Shown: positions 1-11,153, numbered from the stretch's first letter. The stretch is DNA of 64,000 bases from Cyanobacteria bacterium J06626_4 (GCA_038523235.1 JBCBJQ010000013.1:1-64000); one strand, 5' to 3'. The notes: a model not told the origin generated them from the letters alone. Translations and numbers: made by a program.

Positions 1-9
1 TTCTAAGAA

Positions 10-795
10 ATGGCTAACCCGACTTCTTCGCTTCGCTCTCGCGGCATGGAAATGCTTATCGCCTATAAAAATAAGCCTTCCGTTGAACTGCGCAACCGCC
101 TCGTTCGCCTGAATGCTGGTCTGGTCAGAAAGATTGCCCACCGTGTCAGTCATCAATGTTCAGAACCCTACGAAGATCTAGAACAGATTGGTTATCTTGG
201 TCTCATTCGCGCCATTGAGCGGTTTAACCCCGTTCAAGGCTGTGCCTTTAGCTCCTTTGCCGTGCCCTACATTCGCGGTGAGATGCTTCACTTCCTGCGC
301 GATCGCGGTACTACAGTTAAGATTCCCCGTCGCTGGCAGGATCTGCAAAAAGAAGCCCAAAAGTGTCAGGGCGAAATGATCCGCCAGTTGGGACGCCAAC
401 CGAACGACTATGAGATGGCGATGGCCCTGAGCGTGTCTGTAGAAGAATGGCGCGAAGTCAAGATGGCTAACAAGAACCGCATGCCACTGAGTTTAGACGC
501 CACTGTGTGTCAGCAAATTGACTCCAACATCACGCTGGGTGATACGCTACCTGACACCTACTATCAGCGGATGCAGCTGCTAGAAGAAGACCGTCAGCAG
601 CTCCAGCGGGCGATGGCCCAGCTCGAAGACAAAACTCGCTCTGCAATTGAGTTTGTATTCTTCAATGGTCTGTCACGCAAAGAAGTAGCCGAGCGTATTG
701 GCGTCAGCCCGATGACCGTAACCCGCCGGATTCAGCGCGGCATCGATCAGATGATTACTTACCTGCATCCCCAAACCTTGCAAACCGAGCCGTAG
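10..795 (+). CDS. sigF: RNA polymerase alternative sigma factor SigF (group 3)
   Basis: Region 2 EDLEQIGYLGLIRAIERF, FAVPYIRGEMLHFLRD, VKIPRRWQDL and region 4 HTH SRKEVAERIGVSPMTVTRR are typical of cyanobacterial SigF. Confidence 0.9.
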   Translation: MANPTSSLRSRGMEMLIAYKNKPSVELRNRLVRLNAGLVRKIAHRVSHQCSEPYEDLEQIGYLGLIRAIERFNPVQGCAFSSFAVPYIRGEMLHFLRDRGTTVKIPRRWQDLQKEAQKCQGEMIRQLGRQPNDYEMAMALSVSVEEWREVKMANKNRMPLSLDATVCQQIDSNITLGDTLPDTYYQRMQLLEEDRQQLQRAMAQLEDKTRSAIEFVFFNGLSRKEVAERIGVSPMTVTRRIQRGIDQMITYLHPQTLQTEP

Positions 796-857
796 ACTCC
801 GTCAACTCAGGCTTTTTAACTAGGTCGATCGCGACCCAACTTGCGTATAGGGTGTGT

Positions 858-888
858 AAAGGAGCGTAGCAATTGCTATGCTCCTTTT
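858..888 (+). terminator. Intrinsic terminator after sigF
   Basis: AAAGGAGCGTAGC-aatt-GCTATGCTCCTTTT hairpin followed by a U-tract. Confidence 0.75.
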
Positions 889-1046
889 CTTGTGGCAATG
901 AATTTTGGTGTCATGCCATCACGCCAGCAGCAGCGGGTCGTTCAATCATGGTGGCGATCGCTGCCGTAATTTTTGATTAATGGGAAATCCACTTGGCTAT
1001 GCACTGCTCGACCTAGGAGCAGCCCGATTGGGCAAGGGAATGGGCT

Positions 1047-1637
1047 TTATCGGCCACTGTAGCGTTCTACCGCAAACGGCTCACCTCGCGGGTGATAGCC
1101 ATTTCTTTCCCAAAACCCGAGGTTTTCTTGGGGCAGAAACTCAATGCCGCTAATCCATTTGGCACTCTTCCAAGCATAGAGATGGGGGACGACTAGTCGC
1201 ATGGGGCCACCGTGATCGGCCGGTAAAGGTTCGCCGTAGAGCCGATGCGCCAAGAAATTCTCGGGTCGGTTGAAGTCTGCCAGGGTCAAGTTGGTCGTGT
1301 AATCGCCAAAGCAGTGCAGCAATACATGGGTGGCCGACGGCTCCAGGTTGAGCGTCGCCAAGAAGTCAGGCACCGCGATACCCGTCCATTTGACGTCCAG
1401 CTTTGACCACGTCGTCACACAGTGAAAGTCTGCTGTGAAATCCTGCTGAGGCAGGGTCATCAGGTCTTCCCAGGTATAGGTTTTGCGCTCAGCTTTGCCC
1501 CAGGTTTTGAGACGCCAATCAGCCGTTGAAATCTGTGGGGTGTCGCCATAGGTCAATACGGGAAATCCCTTGGCCAAGTGCTGACCAGGGGGAACACGAT
1601 CGCTCATTTCAGGACCAGGTTTCTCAAAAAATTTCAT
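1047..1637 (-). CDS. Sulfite oxidase-like molybdopterin-binding oxidoreductase
   Basis: RVPPGQ, DFHCVTTWSKLD, HGGPMRLVVPHLYAWKSAKW and GFWERNGYH motifs; start taken at ATG 1637 (MKFFEKPG). Confidence 0.85.
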   Translation of the reverse strand: MKFFEKPGPEMSDRVPPGQHLAKGFPVLTYGDTPQISTADWRLKTWGKAERKTYTWEDLMTLPQQDFTADFHCVTTWSKLDVKWTGIAVPDFLATLNLEPSATHVLLHCFGDYTTNLTLADFNRPENFLAHRLYGEPLPADHGGPMRLVVPHLYAWKSAKWISGIEFLPQENLGFWERNGYHPRGEPFAVERYSGR

Positions 1638-1745
1638 CGCTTTACCTTGCAGACAGGGGGCGGGCGAGCCGAGCTGAATTTCTATCTGGCTGATGAACCG
1701 GTGATAGCAACTCTCCAATTTTGATGCTCAGCCGACAGTAAAAGT

Positions 1746-2387
1746 TTAATTGGCGCTGACGATAATCGGCGTGCCGATCGCAATTTCGGCAAACACTTCT
1801 TGAATTTCGTGATCGCGCATTCTGACACAGCCATGAGAAACGGCCTGACCCACGAGATCTTCTTGGTTAGTGCCATGAATACCGATGTGATAACTATCGT
1901 CGTAGGTAAAGCCAATCCAGCGGCTGCCGAGGGGATTCTCTGGCCCGGCGGGCACGGCTTCGCCGGTAATCGGATGTTGCCACAGCGGATCTTGCCGCAG
2001 ATCTAAAACCGTAAATTGCCCTGTGGGGGTTTCCCAATCGGCTTGCCCTACCGCAATGTCATAGCTTTTTACCAATTCGTCATCCACATAGAATTCGAGC
2101 TGTCGGGATTGCAGCCGAATGATCAATTTGGGCTGATGCACCATGCTGACGATCGGAGACTGTTCTAGAAACATGCCCAGACGGCTGACGCGGGAAAACT
2201 GCAGCGGGGTCGCGACTTCGACCCGCGCTTGCAACATGCGCCATTCTGCTGCCAGCAATAGCCCTGCAGCTCCAAAACACAACAGCATGATGCTTCGACG
2301 AATGGGCGGATTAGTCAGCATGTTCTCATCAAACCCTTGTTTTAAGGATATCGAGGTTCTTGCAATGAGCGCACTATTTTTCAACAT
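1746..2387 (-). CDS. L,D-transpeptidase (YkuD family)
   Basis: AVGQADWETPTG, NPLGSRWIG, IGIHGTN...VSHGCVRM catalytic motif; N-terminal TM segment; the true start may be downstream. Confidence 0.88.
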   Translation of the reverse strand: MLKNSALIARTSISLKQGFDENMLTNPPIRRSIMLLCFGAAGLLLAAEWRMLQARVEVATPLQFSRVSRLGMFLEQSPIVSMVHQPKLIIRLQSRQLEFYVDDELVKSYDIAVGQADWETPTGQFTVLDLRQDPLWQHPITGEAVPAGPENPLGSRWIGFTYDDSYHIGIHGTNQEDLVGQAVSHGCVRMRDHEIQEVFAEIAIGTPIIVSAN

Positions 2388-2460
2388 TTAAGAAGCTGAA
2401 AGACTGCCCTTGGCAGGGTTGAAAAAGGTATGATCAGCAGCATTTAAACTTCGTTGGTTT

Positions 2461-2922
2461 ATGGAATGGCAGCGGCAACAATTTATCGTCACTGATCAGC
2501 GAGCCGCTCTGGATGATGAGCTCATTCATCGGTTTTTAAGCACTGAGGCCTATTGGGCCAGGGGCATTGCCAAAACCACAGTGGTGAAATCGTTGGATCA
2601 ATCGCTTTGTTTTGGCCTGTTGGCAACGTCTCCCTCAAGGACATCGGCGCAAATTGGGCTGGGGCGGGTGATCACCGATCGCACCACATTTGCCTATCTA
2701 GCCGATGTGTTTGTGCTGCAGCAATATCGCGGTCAAGGGTTGGGCAAGTGGTTGGTGGAATGCATTTTGAGCCATCCCGATTTGCAGGGACTGCGCCGAT
2801 GGATGCTAGCCACTGGTGATGCTCACGAGTTGTATCGTCGCTATGGCTTTACAGTCAGTCCCGTAGGCCGGTTGATGGAAAAAGTGGATGCCGAATTTCT
2901 CAAAAATTCAAGCTCTCCATGA
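2461..2922 (+). CDS. GNAT family N-acetyltransferase
   Basis: FAYLADVFV...YRGQGLGKWL acetyl-CoA motif, DAHELYRRYGF. Confidence 0.88.
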   Translation: MEWQRQQFIVTDQRAALDDELIHRFLSTEAYWARGIAKTTVVKSLDQSLCFGLLATSPSRTSAQIGLGRVITDRTTFAYLADVFVLQQYRGQGLGKWLVECILSHPDLQGLRRWMLATGDAHELYRRYGFTVSPVGRLMEKVDAEFLKNSSSP

Positions 2923-3236
2923 ATTCAGTGATCTGATGTTTGGGGGCGAGGGCTTGGCTGTCAGTGACTATCCTGAGTCTGCTTTTGCGTCGCTGGGGTC
3001 TATACAGGGCACGGCAAACATTCGGTGTTGCCGGGATATCATGCTCATGCAAATGAATTCCTGATGCCCGATGCTTGATCAAAATCAGCATCAGTCGACG
3101 CATAATACCGGTTGGCAATGCCGCTCGCTAAGCCCACCCAGATCACCGGGCCATCGTTAAGAATCTCGATGAAGTTGAACACAGGTGACTCACGTTTGGC
3201 TTAGCCTCGAAGCAGGATTCCTTCTGCGGTGACGCC

Positions 3237-3989
3237 ATGGTGAATCAGTCCGGTTCGTTAGTGCAATGGTCAACGGCGCCGACCACGCCGGTCGTCTTTC
3301 ATGCCGAGGGGTTAACCAAGACCTATGGCATGGGCGAGGTTCAAGTGCGGGCGCTGCGAGCTGTCGATCTGGATCTATATGAAGGCGAGTTTGTCGTGCT
3401 GCTCGGCCCGTCTGGAAGCGGCAAATCCACCCTGCTCAATATCCTGGGCGGGTTGGATATCCCCAGCAGTGGGCAAGTCATCTTTCGCAGTCAAAACCTG
3501 ACTCACGCGAACGATCGCCGCCTCACCCAATTTCGGCGCGACTCGGTGGGCTTCATCTTCCAGTTCTACAACCTGATTCCCAGCCTGACCGCCCGCGAAA
3601 ACGTGGCCCTAGTTACCGACATCGCCCGCCATCCCCTCACGCCCGAAAAAGCCCTGGCCATCGTCGGCCTCAGCGATCGCCTCGATCACTTTCCCGCGCA
3701 GCTCTCCGGGGGCGAACAGCAGCGGGTCGCCATTGCGCGGGCGATCGCCAAACGTCCCGAAGTGCTCCTCTGTGACGAACCCACCGGCGCCCTCGACTTC
3801 CGCACCGGCAAACTCGTCCTCAAAGCGCTGCAGCAAGTCAACCAAGAATTCGGCACCACCACCGCCGTCATCACCCACAACGCCGGTATTGCCGCCATGG
3901 CCGATCGCGTCATCCACATGCGCAGCGGCGAAATTAGCGCCATTGAGCGTAACGTCCACAAAACCGACCCAGAGGCATTGGAATGGTAA
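3237..3989 (+). CDS. ABC transporter ATP-binding protein (LolD/MacB-like)
   Basis: Walker A GPSGSGKS, signature [14 protein letters not shown], Walker [12 protein letters not shown]. Confidence 0.92.
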   Translation: MVNQSGSLVQWSTAPTTPVVFHAEGLTKTYGMGEVQVRALRAVDLDLYEGEFVVLLGPSGSGKSTLLNILGGLDIPSSGQVIFRSQNLTHANDRRLTQFRRDSVGFIFQFYNLIPSLTARENVALVTDIARHPLTPEKALAIVGLSDRLDHFPAQLSGGEQQRVAIARAIAKRPEVLLCDEPTGALDFRTGKLVLKALQQVNQEFGTTTAVITHNAGIAAMADRVIHMRSGEISAIERNVHKTDPEALEW

Positions 3990-3999
3990 TTCACACGCG

Positions 4000-4072
4000 G
4001 TAGGGGCGAGGCATTCTCGAAAAAACATTTCTCATGACCCACTACGGAGAATCGAGAATGCCTCGCCCCTGC
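4000..4072. repeat. GTAG-type REP-like inverted repeat pair
   Basis: GTAGGGGCGAGGCATTCTCGA (4000-4020) and TCGAGAATGCCTCGCCCCTGC (4052-4072) are 21-bp inverted arms with one mismatch. Confidence 0.75.
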
Positions 4073-4075
4073 ATA

Positions 4076-4099
4076 CCCATCCACCCATCCACCCATCCT
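4076..4099 (+). repeat. Short tandem repeat (CCCATCCW x3), STRR-like
   Basis: cccatcca cccatcca cccatcct directly before the permease ATG. Confidence 0.6.
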
Positions 4100-4107
4100 C
4101 ATCCCCC

Positions 4108-6471
4108 ATGAATTCCCTCGATCGCAAACTCATCCGTGACCTCCTGCACCTGCGGGGACAGGTGATCGCGATCGTGCTGATTGTGGCCTGCGGCATTGCC
4201 AGCATGGTGACGATGCTGAGTGCCTATGACTCGCTAAATCTGACCCAGGCGACCTACTACGACCAATATCGCTTTGCCGATGTGTTTGCGTCGTTGAAGC
4301 GCGCCCCAGACCAGTTGGGCGATCGCATTCAGGAAATTCCGGGGGTGCAGCAGGTGCAGACGCGGGTGGTGCGCGATGTGATTGTGGATGTGCCGGGGCT
4401 CACAGAACCGGCGACCGGACGCTTGATTTCCGTGCCGGATCAGCAACTGCCGGTGCTGAATGGGTTGGCAATTCAAGAAGGGCGCTACATTGCCTCGGGG
4501 CGTCGCGATGAGGTGCTGGTGAGCGAAGCGTTTGCGGAGGCGAATGAACTCGCGATCGGCGATGCCCTCGGGGCGGTGATCAATGGTCGCTGGCAAGAAC
4601 TGCGCATCGTCGGCATCGCCCTCTCGCCCGAATATGTGTACGAAATTCGCGGTACCGATTTGCTGCCCGACAATCAGCGATTTGGGGTGATGTGGATGGG
4701 GCGAGAAGCCCTGGGCACGGCCTTTGATATGGACGGCGCGTTCAACGATGTCACTTTGACCCTGGCCCATGGAGCTAGTGAGGCGCAGGTCATTTTCCAG
4801 CTGGATCAGTTGTTAGAGACCTATGGGGGGCTGGGGGCGATCGGTCGCCATGACCAGATCTCGAATCGCTTTCTGTCCGATGAAATCACCAGCTTGCAAG
4901 CGACTGCCGTGTTTATGCCGACGATCTTTTTGGGCATTGCCGCCTTCCTGCTGAATCTTTTGCTGGCGCGGTTGGTGAGTACCCAGCGCGATCAGATCGC
5001 GGTGTTGAAAGCCTTTGGCTACAGCAATTGGGATGTGGGGTGGCACTACTTGAAACTGGTCACCCTGGTCGTGCTGGCGGGCGGGTTGTTGGGCATTGGG
5101 CTGGGCCTGTGGATGGGGGAAGCGACGACGCGCAATTACGCCAACTTCTATCACTTTCCCCTCCTCGCCTTTCGGGTGGAGCCCAGTCTGGTAGTGATTT
5201 CGGTCGGAGTAAGTTTGGCGGCCGCGGCGATCGGGGCGGCGGTGGCGGTGAGCAAAGCGGTCAAATTGCCCCCCGCCGAAGCCATGCGTCCGGAACCACC
5301 CACCGATTTTCGCCCGACTTTGGTGGAGCGCTTGGGGCTACAGCGCCTGTTTTCGCCAGCGGGCCGCATCATTCTCCGCAATGTGGAACGGCAACCCATC
5401 AAAGCGGGCCTGACCATTTTGGGCTTGTCCCTGGCAGTGGCGATTTTGGTGGTGGGCCATTCTTTTGAGGATGCGATGGACTACCTGATCACCGTGCAGT
5501 TTTACCAAATCCAGCAGGAGGATATTACCCTCTCATTCACCGAACCGCTCTCGAGTCGGGCTCGCTTTGACCTGTTGAACCTGCCGGGCGTCATCCAGGC
5601 CGAACCGTTTCGGGTCGTGCCCGCGCGGTTGCGGTTTCAGCAGCATGCTTACCTAGGGGGCCTCACCGGGTTGCCGACTGATGGCACGTTGCGTCGCCTG
5701 ATGGATCGCGATCTCAACGTCCAGACGCTGCCGACTCAAGGTGTCTTGTTAACCGACAAACTGGCCGAAATTTTAGACGTGCAGCCCGGCGATCGCCTCA
5801 CAGTGGAAGTGCTCGAAGGGGCGCGCCCCACCCGCGAAGTCACGGTCACTGGCCTGGTGAATGAGCTGGTGGGGGTAGCCGCTTACATGGATATTCACGC
5901 CCTGAATGACCTGATGCGCGAGGGCACCACCCTCTCCGGCGCGTACCTGGCGGTCGAGCCCCAGCGGTTAGATGCCATCTACGCCGACCTGAAAGAAACT
6001 CCCGCCGTGGCCAGTGTGGCGCTACGCCAAAACAGCGTGCAGCAGTTTGAAGAAACGATCGCGGCCAACCTCAAAATTTTCACCACGGTGCTGGTGATTT
6101 TCGCCACCATTATTGCTTTTGGGGTGGTCTACAACGCGGCTCGCATTGCCCTGTCAGAGCGGGGTAGGGAACTCGCGACCCTCCGCATCATTGGCTTTAG
6201 CCGCGCCGAAGTCGGGTTTATTTTGCTGGGGGAACAAACGCTGCTGCTCTTGGTCGCCATTCCTATCGGCAGTGCCATGGGGTTTGGGTTAGCGGCTTTG
6301 ATGAGCGCTTTCTACAACACTGAACTCTACCGTTGGCCTCTGGTGGTTACCCGTCTGACTTATGGGTTTGCCTTTGGCATTGTGGCGATCGCCGCCGTGG
6401 TGTCGGGCTGGTTAATTTTGCGGCAGATTACCCAGCTTGATTTGGTTGCCGTACTCAAAACTCGTGAATAG
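4108..6471 (+). CDS. ABC transporter permease, FtsX/MacB-like with two periplasmic domains
   Basis: Start [12 protein letters not shown] at ATG 4108 (the ORF-track N-terminal extension is spurious); two FtsX motifs [11 protein letters not shown] and [11 protein letters not shown]; multiple TM segments. Confidence 0.88.
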   Translation: MNSLDRKLIRDLLHLRGQVIAIVLIVACGIASMVTMLSAYDSLNLTQATYYDQYRFADVFASLKRAPDQLGDRIQEIPGVQQVQTRVVRDVIVDVPGLTEPATGRLISVPDQQLPVLNGLAIQEGRYIASGRRDEVLVSEAFAEANELAIGDALGAVINGRWQELRIVGIALSPEYVYEIRGTDLLPDNQRFGVMWMGREALGTAFDMDGAFNDVTLTLAHGASEAQVIFQLDQLLETYGGLGAIGRHDQISNRFLSDEITSLQATAVFMPTIFLGIAAFLLNLLLARLVSTQRDQIAVLKAFGYSNWDVGWHYLKLVTLVVLAGGLLGIGLGLWMGEATTRNYANFYHFPLLAFRVEPSLVVISVGVSLAAAAIGAAVAVSKAVKLPPAEAMRPEPPTDFRPTLVERLGLQRLFSPAGRIILRNVERQPIKAGLTILGLSLAVAILVVGHSFEDAMDYLITVQFYQIQQEDITLSFTEPLSSRARFDLLNLPGVIQAEPFRVVPARLRFQQHAYLGGLTGLPTDGTLRRLMDRDLNVQTLPTQGVLLTDKLAEILDVQPGDRLTVEVLEGARPTREVTVTGLVNELVGVAAYMDIHALNDLMREGTTLSGAYLAVEPQRLDAIYADLKETPAVASVALRQNSVQQFEETIAANLKIFTTVLVIFATIIAFGVVYNAARIALSERGRELATLRIIGFSRAEVGFILLGEQTLLLLVAIPIGSAMGFGLAALMSAFYNTELYRWPLVVTRLTYGFAFGIVAIAAVVSGWLILRQITQLDLVAVLKTRE

Positions 6472-6483
6472 AGGAGTATCGTC

Positions 6484-7899
6484 ATGGCTCAGGACACTGA
6501 TTTGCGCCTGCACCCCACCGAAGAAACTCGCGAGGCCGAGTCGCCCGCCCCGCCCCCTAAGCGCTGGCGCTTCAAGCTGCGGCCCCCCGGACGACGTTGG
6601 CTCTATTTGCTGGCGGGCTTGGGTGTCGTGGGCTTAGGCGTTTTGGTGTTGCGTCCCAGTCCGAAACGGGTGGATTTGGTCACGGTAGAGCCGAGCGACC
6701 TGCAGCTTACGGTGGATGCCGAGGGCGAGACGCGGGTACGCGATCGCTTCATCGTGTCGGCTCCGGTCGATGGCCGCCTGACGCGGATTGACCTGGAAGC
6801 AGGCGACACCGTTACCGGCAATCAGGTAGTGGCCCGCATCGATCCGCTGCCGTTAACTAGTCAGGTGCAACAGTCGCAAGCCCGCCTTAACGAGCTGCAA
6901 GCGCAAATTGCCGGGGTCGAAACCCTACGCCCTAAAGATGACGCCCTGCTGCAGGCCACCAGCCGCATTGCCGTGGCTCAAGCCGAAAGACAGCAGGCTG
7001 AGGCCGAGCTGGCCCGAGCTGAGGCCAATTGGCAACAGGCCCAGCGCGAACTGCAGCGGGCGAATGAGTTGGCTGCTCAAGGCGCGATCTCTGACCAGGC
7101 GCGAGAATCAGCCGCGTTGGAGGCCACCGCCCGAGAACAAGAGAAAAATGCTGCTCAACAAGCCCTGGAGAGTGCGATCGCGGCGATCGAGGCAATACAG
7201 CAAGATCTCAACATTCTGCAGGCCGAACAGCAAGATCCCGACTATTTGATTGAAGCGTATCAGGCAGAAATGGCCGGCGTCGAAGCCGAACTCACCCAGC
7301 TCGCCGATGATGCCCGCCGCACCGATATTGCCGCTCCCTCAGAAGGCAGGGTGCTACGCGTGATGGAAGAAAGTGCGCGTTATGTCACTGCCGGTACGCC
7401 GCTGCTGGAAGTCGGTGATCCTGGCAATTTAGAAATGGTGATTGACGTCCTCTCTCAGGATGCGGTGCAGATTCAACCAGGCGATTCTATCCAAGTCACC
7501 CAGTGGGGCGGTGACGAAACCTTGTTGGCGGAAGTGCAGTATTTAGAACCTGCCGCCTTTACCAAAGTGTCCGCACTGGGGGTAGAGGAGCAGCGAGTCA
7601 ACGTGATTGCCCAGTTTACCGATCTGGCAGTGCCCTTGGGCGACGGCTATCGGGTCGATACCCACATCGTCATCGACGCCGCTACAGAAGTGCTCAGCGT
7701 GCCCGTGAGTGCCGTATTTCCCTGCGATGCCGGCACCTGCGTCTTTACCGTAGCGAACAATCGCGCTCAGCAAACCGCCGTCACCCTGGGTCTCCAAAAC
7801 ACGTTTGCCGCAGCGGTGGCAGATGGCCTGAGTCAAGGCGATCAGGTGATTGCGTATCCCGAATCGGTAGAAGCGGGCGATCGCATTCAAGCTCGCTAA
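6484..7899 (+). CDS. Efflux periplasmic adaptor subunit (HlyD/MacA-like)
   Basis: N-terminal TM, lipoyl halves VSAPVDGRL and IAAPSEGRVL, long coiled coil, SALGVEEQRVNVI; SD GAGGAG upstream. Confidence 0.88.
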   Translation: MAQDTDLRLHPTEETREAESPAPPPKRWRFKLRPPGRRWLYLLAGLGVVGLGVLVLRPSPKRVDLVTVEPSDLQLTVDAEGETRVRDRFIVSAPVDGRLTRIDLEAGDTVTGNQVVARIDPLPLTSQVQQSQARLNELQAQIAGVETLRPKDDALLQATSRIAVAQAERQQAEAELARAEANWQQAQRELQRANELAAQGAISDQARESAALEATAREQEKNAAQQALESAIAAIEAIQQDLNILQAEQQDPDYLIEAYQAEMAGVEAELTQLADDARRTDIAAPSEGRVLRVMEESARYVTAGTPLLEVGDPGNLEMVIDVLSQDAVQIQPGDSIQVTQWGGDETLLAEVQYLEPAAFTKVSALGVEEQRVNVIAQFTDLAVPLGDGYRVDTHIVIDAATEVLSVPVSAVFPCDAGTCVFTVANNRAQQTAVTLGLQNTFAAAVADGLSQGDQVIAYPESVEAGDRIQAR

Positions 7900-8310
7900 C
7901 GAGAGATGAAAATAGTAAACTTGACTAAGCTTACATCGCCCGTCAAAGGGAAACAACACTTACCGAAGCCTTGCAGCAGTCGGTGCTATGCCAGGCGATG
8001 TATTCCATCATTACAACGCAGCCATCCACTACAGGCTTAGATACTTGCGCTCAATCTGTTGGGTGTTAGTTTTCCCAATCGTGTCGTGAGCTGAGCTGAC
8101 CTGATTGCGGATTGCTATGGCAGAATACCCTGCGGGAAGGGCAAGCCCTACGGAGTCAAAAAGTCTGCCAGATCATGCTTGTCACCATTTGGGATGACCT
8201 GGTTAAACGGCGGATGGCGATAGCGAGGATCGCCCAAAGTTATCTCTATCGCTTGCGAAAACAAAAACAGGTGGTAAGTTAACTGTCGCTGCAGCGATGG
8301 GTGAGATACC

Positions 8311-9162
8311 CTATGTACGACCTTTGTTCACTACAAATGCGGCAATCCCCCCAAGCACCGTGATTCCTGCAAAAACAAATCTTGCTGTAACTTCCTCACC
8401 CAACAACACCATTCCTCCAGACGCCGCTATAACCGGCACACTGAGCTGAACCATTGCTGCAGTAGTTGCTGACAACGACGGCAAAACTAAGTACCAAAGT
8501 GCATAACCCATGCCGGATGCCAGCGCACCAGATGCTGCTGCATACACCAATCCAATAGAGGTTGTGTGCTCAGACTGGGCGGTGAGCAAAAATAACGCGA
8601 CGGCAATGGGCAAAGCTCTGACGAAATTTCCTGCTGTTGCCGCAGTGGGACTCTGCGTGCCACGACCGAGCAATGAGTAAACTCCCCAACAAATCCCCGC
8701 ACCGGCCATCAGGGCAGCTCCTGCAAGTGATGGCGACTGTACACCCGGAAGAAGGAGCCAAACTAGCCCGCCACAGGCAGCAACTACACCAACCAGTTGC
8801 CACGTATTGAGGCGCTCACCTGAGCATAAGCCATAGCCAATCATCGTGGCTTGGACCGCGCCGAATAGGATTAACGCGCCAGTGCCGGCACTCAGGCTGT
8901 TGTAGGCAAAGGAAAACGCAGCAGCATAACCCATTAGTGCTGCGGCTCCCCACCAACTACCAGCCATATGACGCTGACGAATGTTTTTGATTGAAAGCAA
9001 GGCCAAGACTAAAGCACCAGCAGCGACTCGCACCAAGGTAAAACTCCCGGCACTGATAGAATCAGACGCTAAGGCTTCACGACAGAGCAGCGAGTTCGCT
9101 GCAAACGCCAACATTGTCATCAATGTGGCTAACCATAATCGAGCCATTGATTTTGCTGGCAT
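8311..9162 (-). CDS. DMT (EamA) family transporter
   Basis: MLAFAANSLLCR, AFSFAY...GALILFGAVQATM, WGVYSLLGR, QLSVPVIA; about 10 TM segments; start at ATG 9162 is uncertain. Confidence 0.85.
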   Translation of the reverse strand: MPAKSMARLWLATLMTMLAFAANSLLCREALASDSISAGSFTLVRVAAGALVLALLSIKNIRQRHMAGSWWGAAALMGYAAAFSFAYNSLSAGTGALILFGAVQATMIGYGLCSGERLNTWQLVGVVAACGGLVWLLLPGVQSPSLAGAALMAGAGICWGVYSLLGRGTQSPTAATAGNFVRALPIAVALFLLTAQSEHTTSIGLVYAAASGALASGMGYALWYLVLPSLSATTAAMVQLSVPVIAASGGMVLLGEEVTARFVFAGITVLGGIAAFVVNKGRT

Positions 9163-9422
9163 CTGTGACCTCAAACGATAGGTGCCCAACAATTAAATTA
9201 GATAGAGCAGTTCTACCTCACTCTCCTCAATGGGTATTTGGGGAGAAGTCTCTCAGTATAGTTATCTCTTTACTGAGTGCCCCAAGAGGACATCAGAGCG
9301 CACCCTTCATCAAATTCGCAAATCTGGCGGAAGGCAAGGTGCGACCATTGATTGGTCACTCAAGCGATTGAGCCCATATCGCAAGTTTGTCTAAACTCCA
9401 GTCATTGAGGCTAGCTCCTCGA

Positions 9423-11153
9423 TTAGCCGGGAGGCACCACTGGGTTAGAGACTGGGGCATCTGGCTCGACATAGGCATCCGGCTCTGAAGTGGGTACAGG
9501 TGCCGCTTCATCCGCCCCGGTTGCTGCGGGTGTGGGTGTCGCTGGCGCCGACTGATCAATGCCCACTGGGCTGATTGGCTGACTCATTTCTTCGTGGAGC
9601 CGCCCAGACACGCGGCGAATCAGCTCCGCTGCACGACCATCATTGAAGGGGCGATCGACCAAAATGCTGACGAGATAACGCCTGCCGTTGACCAGATCAA
9701 CAAGTGCCACATCGCCCAAGGCTTCACCAATATCACCGGTTTTGTTGTAAACCAACGCCGTCTGGTCATTCAGCCCTTCGGGAATCAGATCTCGACTCAC
9801 GGTGCGCTGCATGATGGCAAATAGACGATCTCGCGATCGGCGGCTGAGCAACTGCTCTTGTTCGACGAGGGCCATCATTCTCACCAAATCAGCGGAGCTG
9901 GTGGTGTTAGTGCCGTCTAAGTCAGGCAGCATGTTACGCAGTGTGGTCGACTCTAGCCCCCAATCTTGAAACTGCTGGTTTAAGGCATCAATCCCGCCCA
10001 ACTGCGCAATGATGAGGTTGGTGGCGGTGTTGTCGCTAGTCACAATCATCTCAGTCGCTACCTCTAAGGCTGTATACTGAGTGCCAATTTCGGCAGTTTG
10101 CATATCACCTGAGCCGCTGGCCACCATGTCCTCACGGAGTGTCACGGTTTGGTCGAGGCGCACAGTGCCCGCATCCACAGCGGCTAAAAAGGCCACTAAA
10201 ATCGGTACCTTAATTGTGCTAGCGGCAGCAACGGCTTCGGTGCCGTTCAGGTCAATGTAGTTACCCGTCTGCAAATCATAGAAAAAGACGGACTGACTCA
10301 AATTAGGGGTCATCGCCTCTAGTTCTACCAGGTCGGTTTCCACGGCGACGAGTTCCGTGGCGAGCGGTAGAGGTTGATCCAGTTCAACGGCATTCTCCCG
10401 TTGACCCGACGCGGCTGTTGTCGACACCCCCGTGGAGATGTCACCGGCTTGATTAGCATTGCGATTGGGATTAAGAGAGGTCAGCACCGTGCCCGCAATG
10501 GCGGCCATGCCCGTGCCCAAAATCAGCAGTCGAATCCCGTATAAAACCGGACGGGGGGCTTTGCGTTGCGGGCGGCGAGGTTTGCTGCGACGAGTTGCAG
10601 CCTGATCGGTGGTGACATCACTGGGCGTTGACCACACCGGTTGACGACGTAGGGGCGTGACATTATTGGCCGGGCGCTGCGGCGGACGCTTACGGGTGCG
10701 CTTAGGCACCGATGAGGCGGGGCGTTGAGGGGGCTGGCCAGGCGATCGCCCAAGCTGCTGCAATAAGTCTGGCGCCTTACTCACTGCCACTGACGGCGTC
10801 TGGGGTGCTGGCCCCGTTGACGAAGGCGATGGTGGGCTCGGTGCCGGGCGGCGGGTTGCTGCTGGAGACGTAGGGGACTGGGGCGATCGCCGCCGAGAGG
10901 ATGATGGCGTAGCGGCTGACTGAGTCGGCGGGGTCACTTTTCTGTTCGGGGCGGCAGCTTGCACCCACTGCCGCCAGCGACTGCGAGCCTGACGCTGGCG
11001 GCGAGACGAACTGGGAGATGAAGGGGCGGTTGATTCCTGAGGCGATCGCGGCGGCGAGGCCACGGTTTTGCCGTTGCTACTGTCCGATTGGGTCGGCGGC
11101 TCATAGCGACGAAAAGGTGAGTGACCGTTGCTTGCCTGATTGTTGTCTGCCAT
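9423..11153 (-). CDS. Class A beta-lactamase-like serine hydrolase (cyanobacterial PBP-A type) with long Pro/Ser/Arg-rich N-terminus and TM anchor
   Basis: SxxK (ASTIK), SDN (SDNTATN) and KTG (NKTGDIG) motifs; TM RLLILGTGMAAIAGTVL. Confidence 0.85.
   Translation of the reverse strand: MADNNQASNGHSPFRRYEPPTQSDSSNGKTVASPPRSPQESTAPSSPSSSRRQRQARSRWRQWVQAAAPNRKVTPPTQSAATPSSSRRRSPQSPTSPAATRRPAPSPPSPSSTGPAPQTPSVAVSKAPDLLQQLGRSPGQPPQRPASSVPKRTRKRPPQRPANNVTPLRRQPVWSTPSDVTTDQAATRRSKPRRPQRKAPRPVLYGIRLLILGTGMAAIAGTVLTSLNPNRNANQAGDISTGVSTTAASGQRENAVELDQPLPLATELVAVETDLVELEAMTPNLSQSVFFYDLQTGNYIDLNGTEAVAAASTIKVPILVAFLAAVDAGTVRLDQTVTLREDMVASGSGDMQTAEIGTQYTALEVATEMIVTSDNTATNLIIAQLGGIDALNQQFQDWGLESTTLRNMLPDLDGTNTTSSADLVRMMALVEQEQLLSRRSRDRLFAIMQRTVSRDLIPEGLNDQTALVYNKTGDIGEALGDVALVDLVNGRRYLVSILVDRPFNDGRAAELIRRVSGRLHEEMSQPISPVGIDQSAPATPTPAATGADEAAPVPTSEPDAYVEPDAPVSNPVVPPG

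Noticed and set aside
3733..4107. N-terminal 125 aa of the 912-aa ORF in the track
   Set aside because: Overlaps the ABC ATPase gene in another frame and runs through a REP element; the permease starts at ATG 4108
8175..8282. 35-codon plus-strand ORF (MLVTIWDDLVKRR...)
   Set aside because: Too short, with no SD or recognisable family; cannot be supported without homology data
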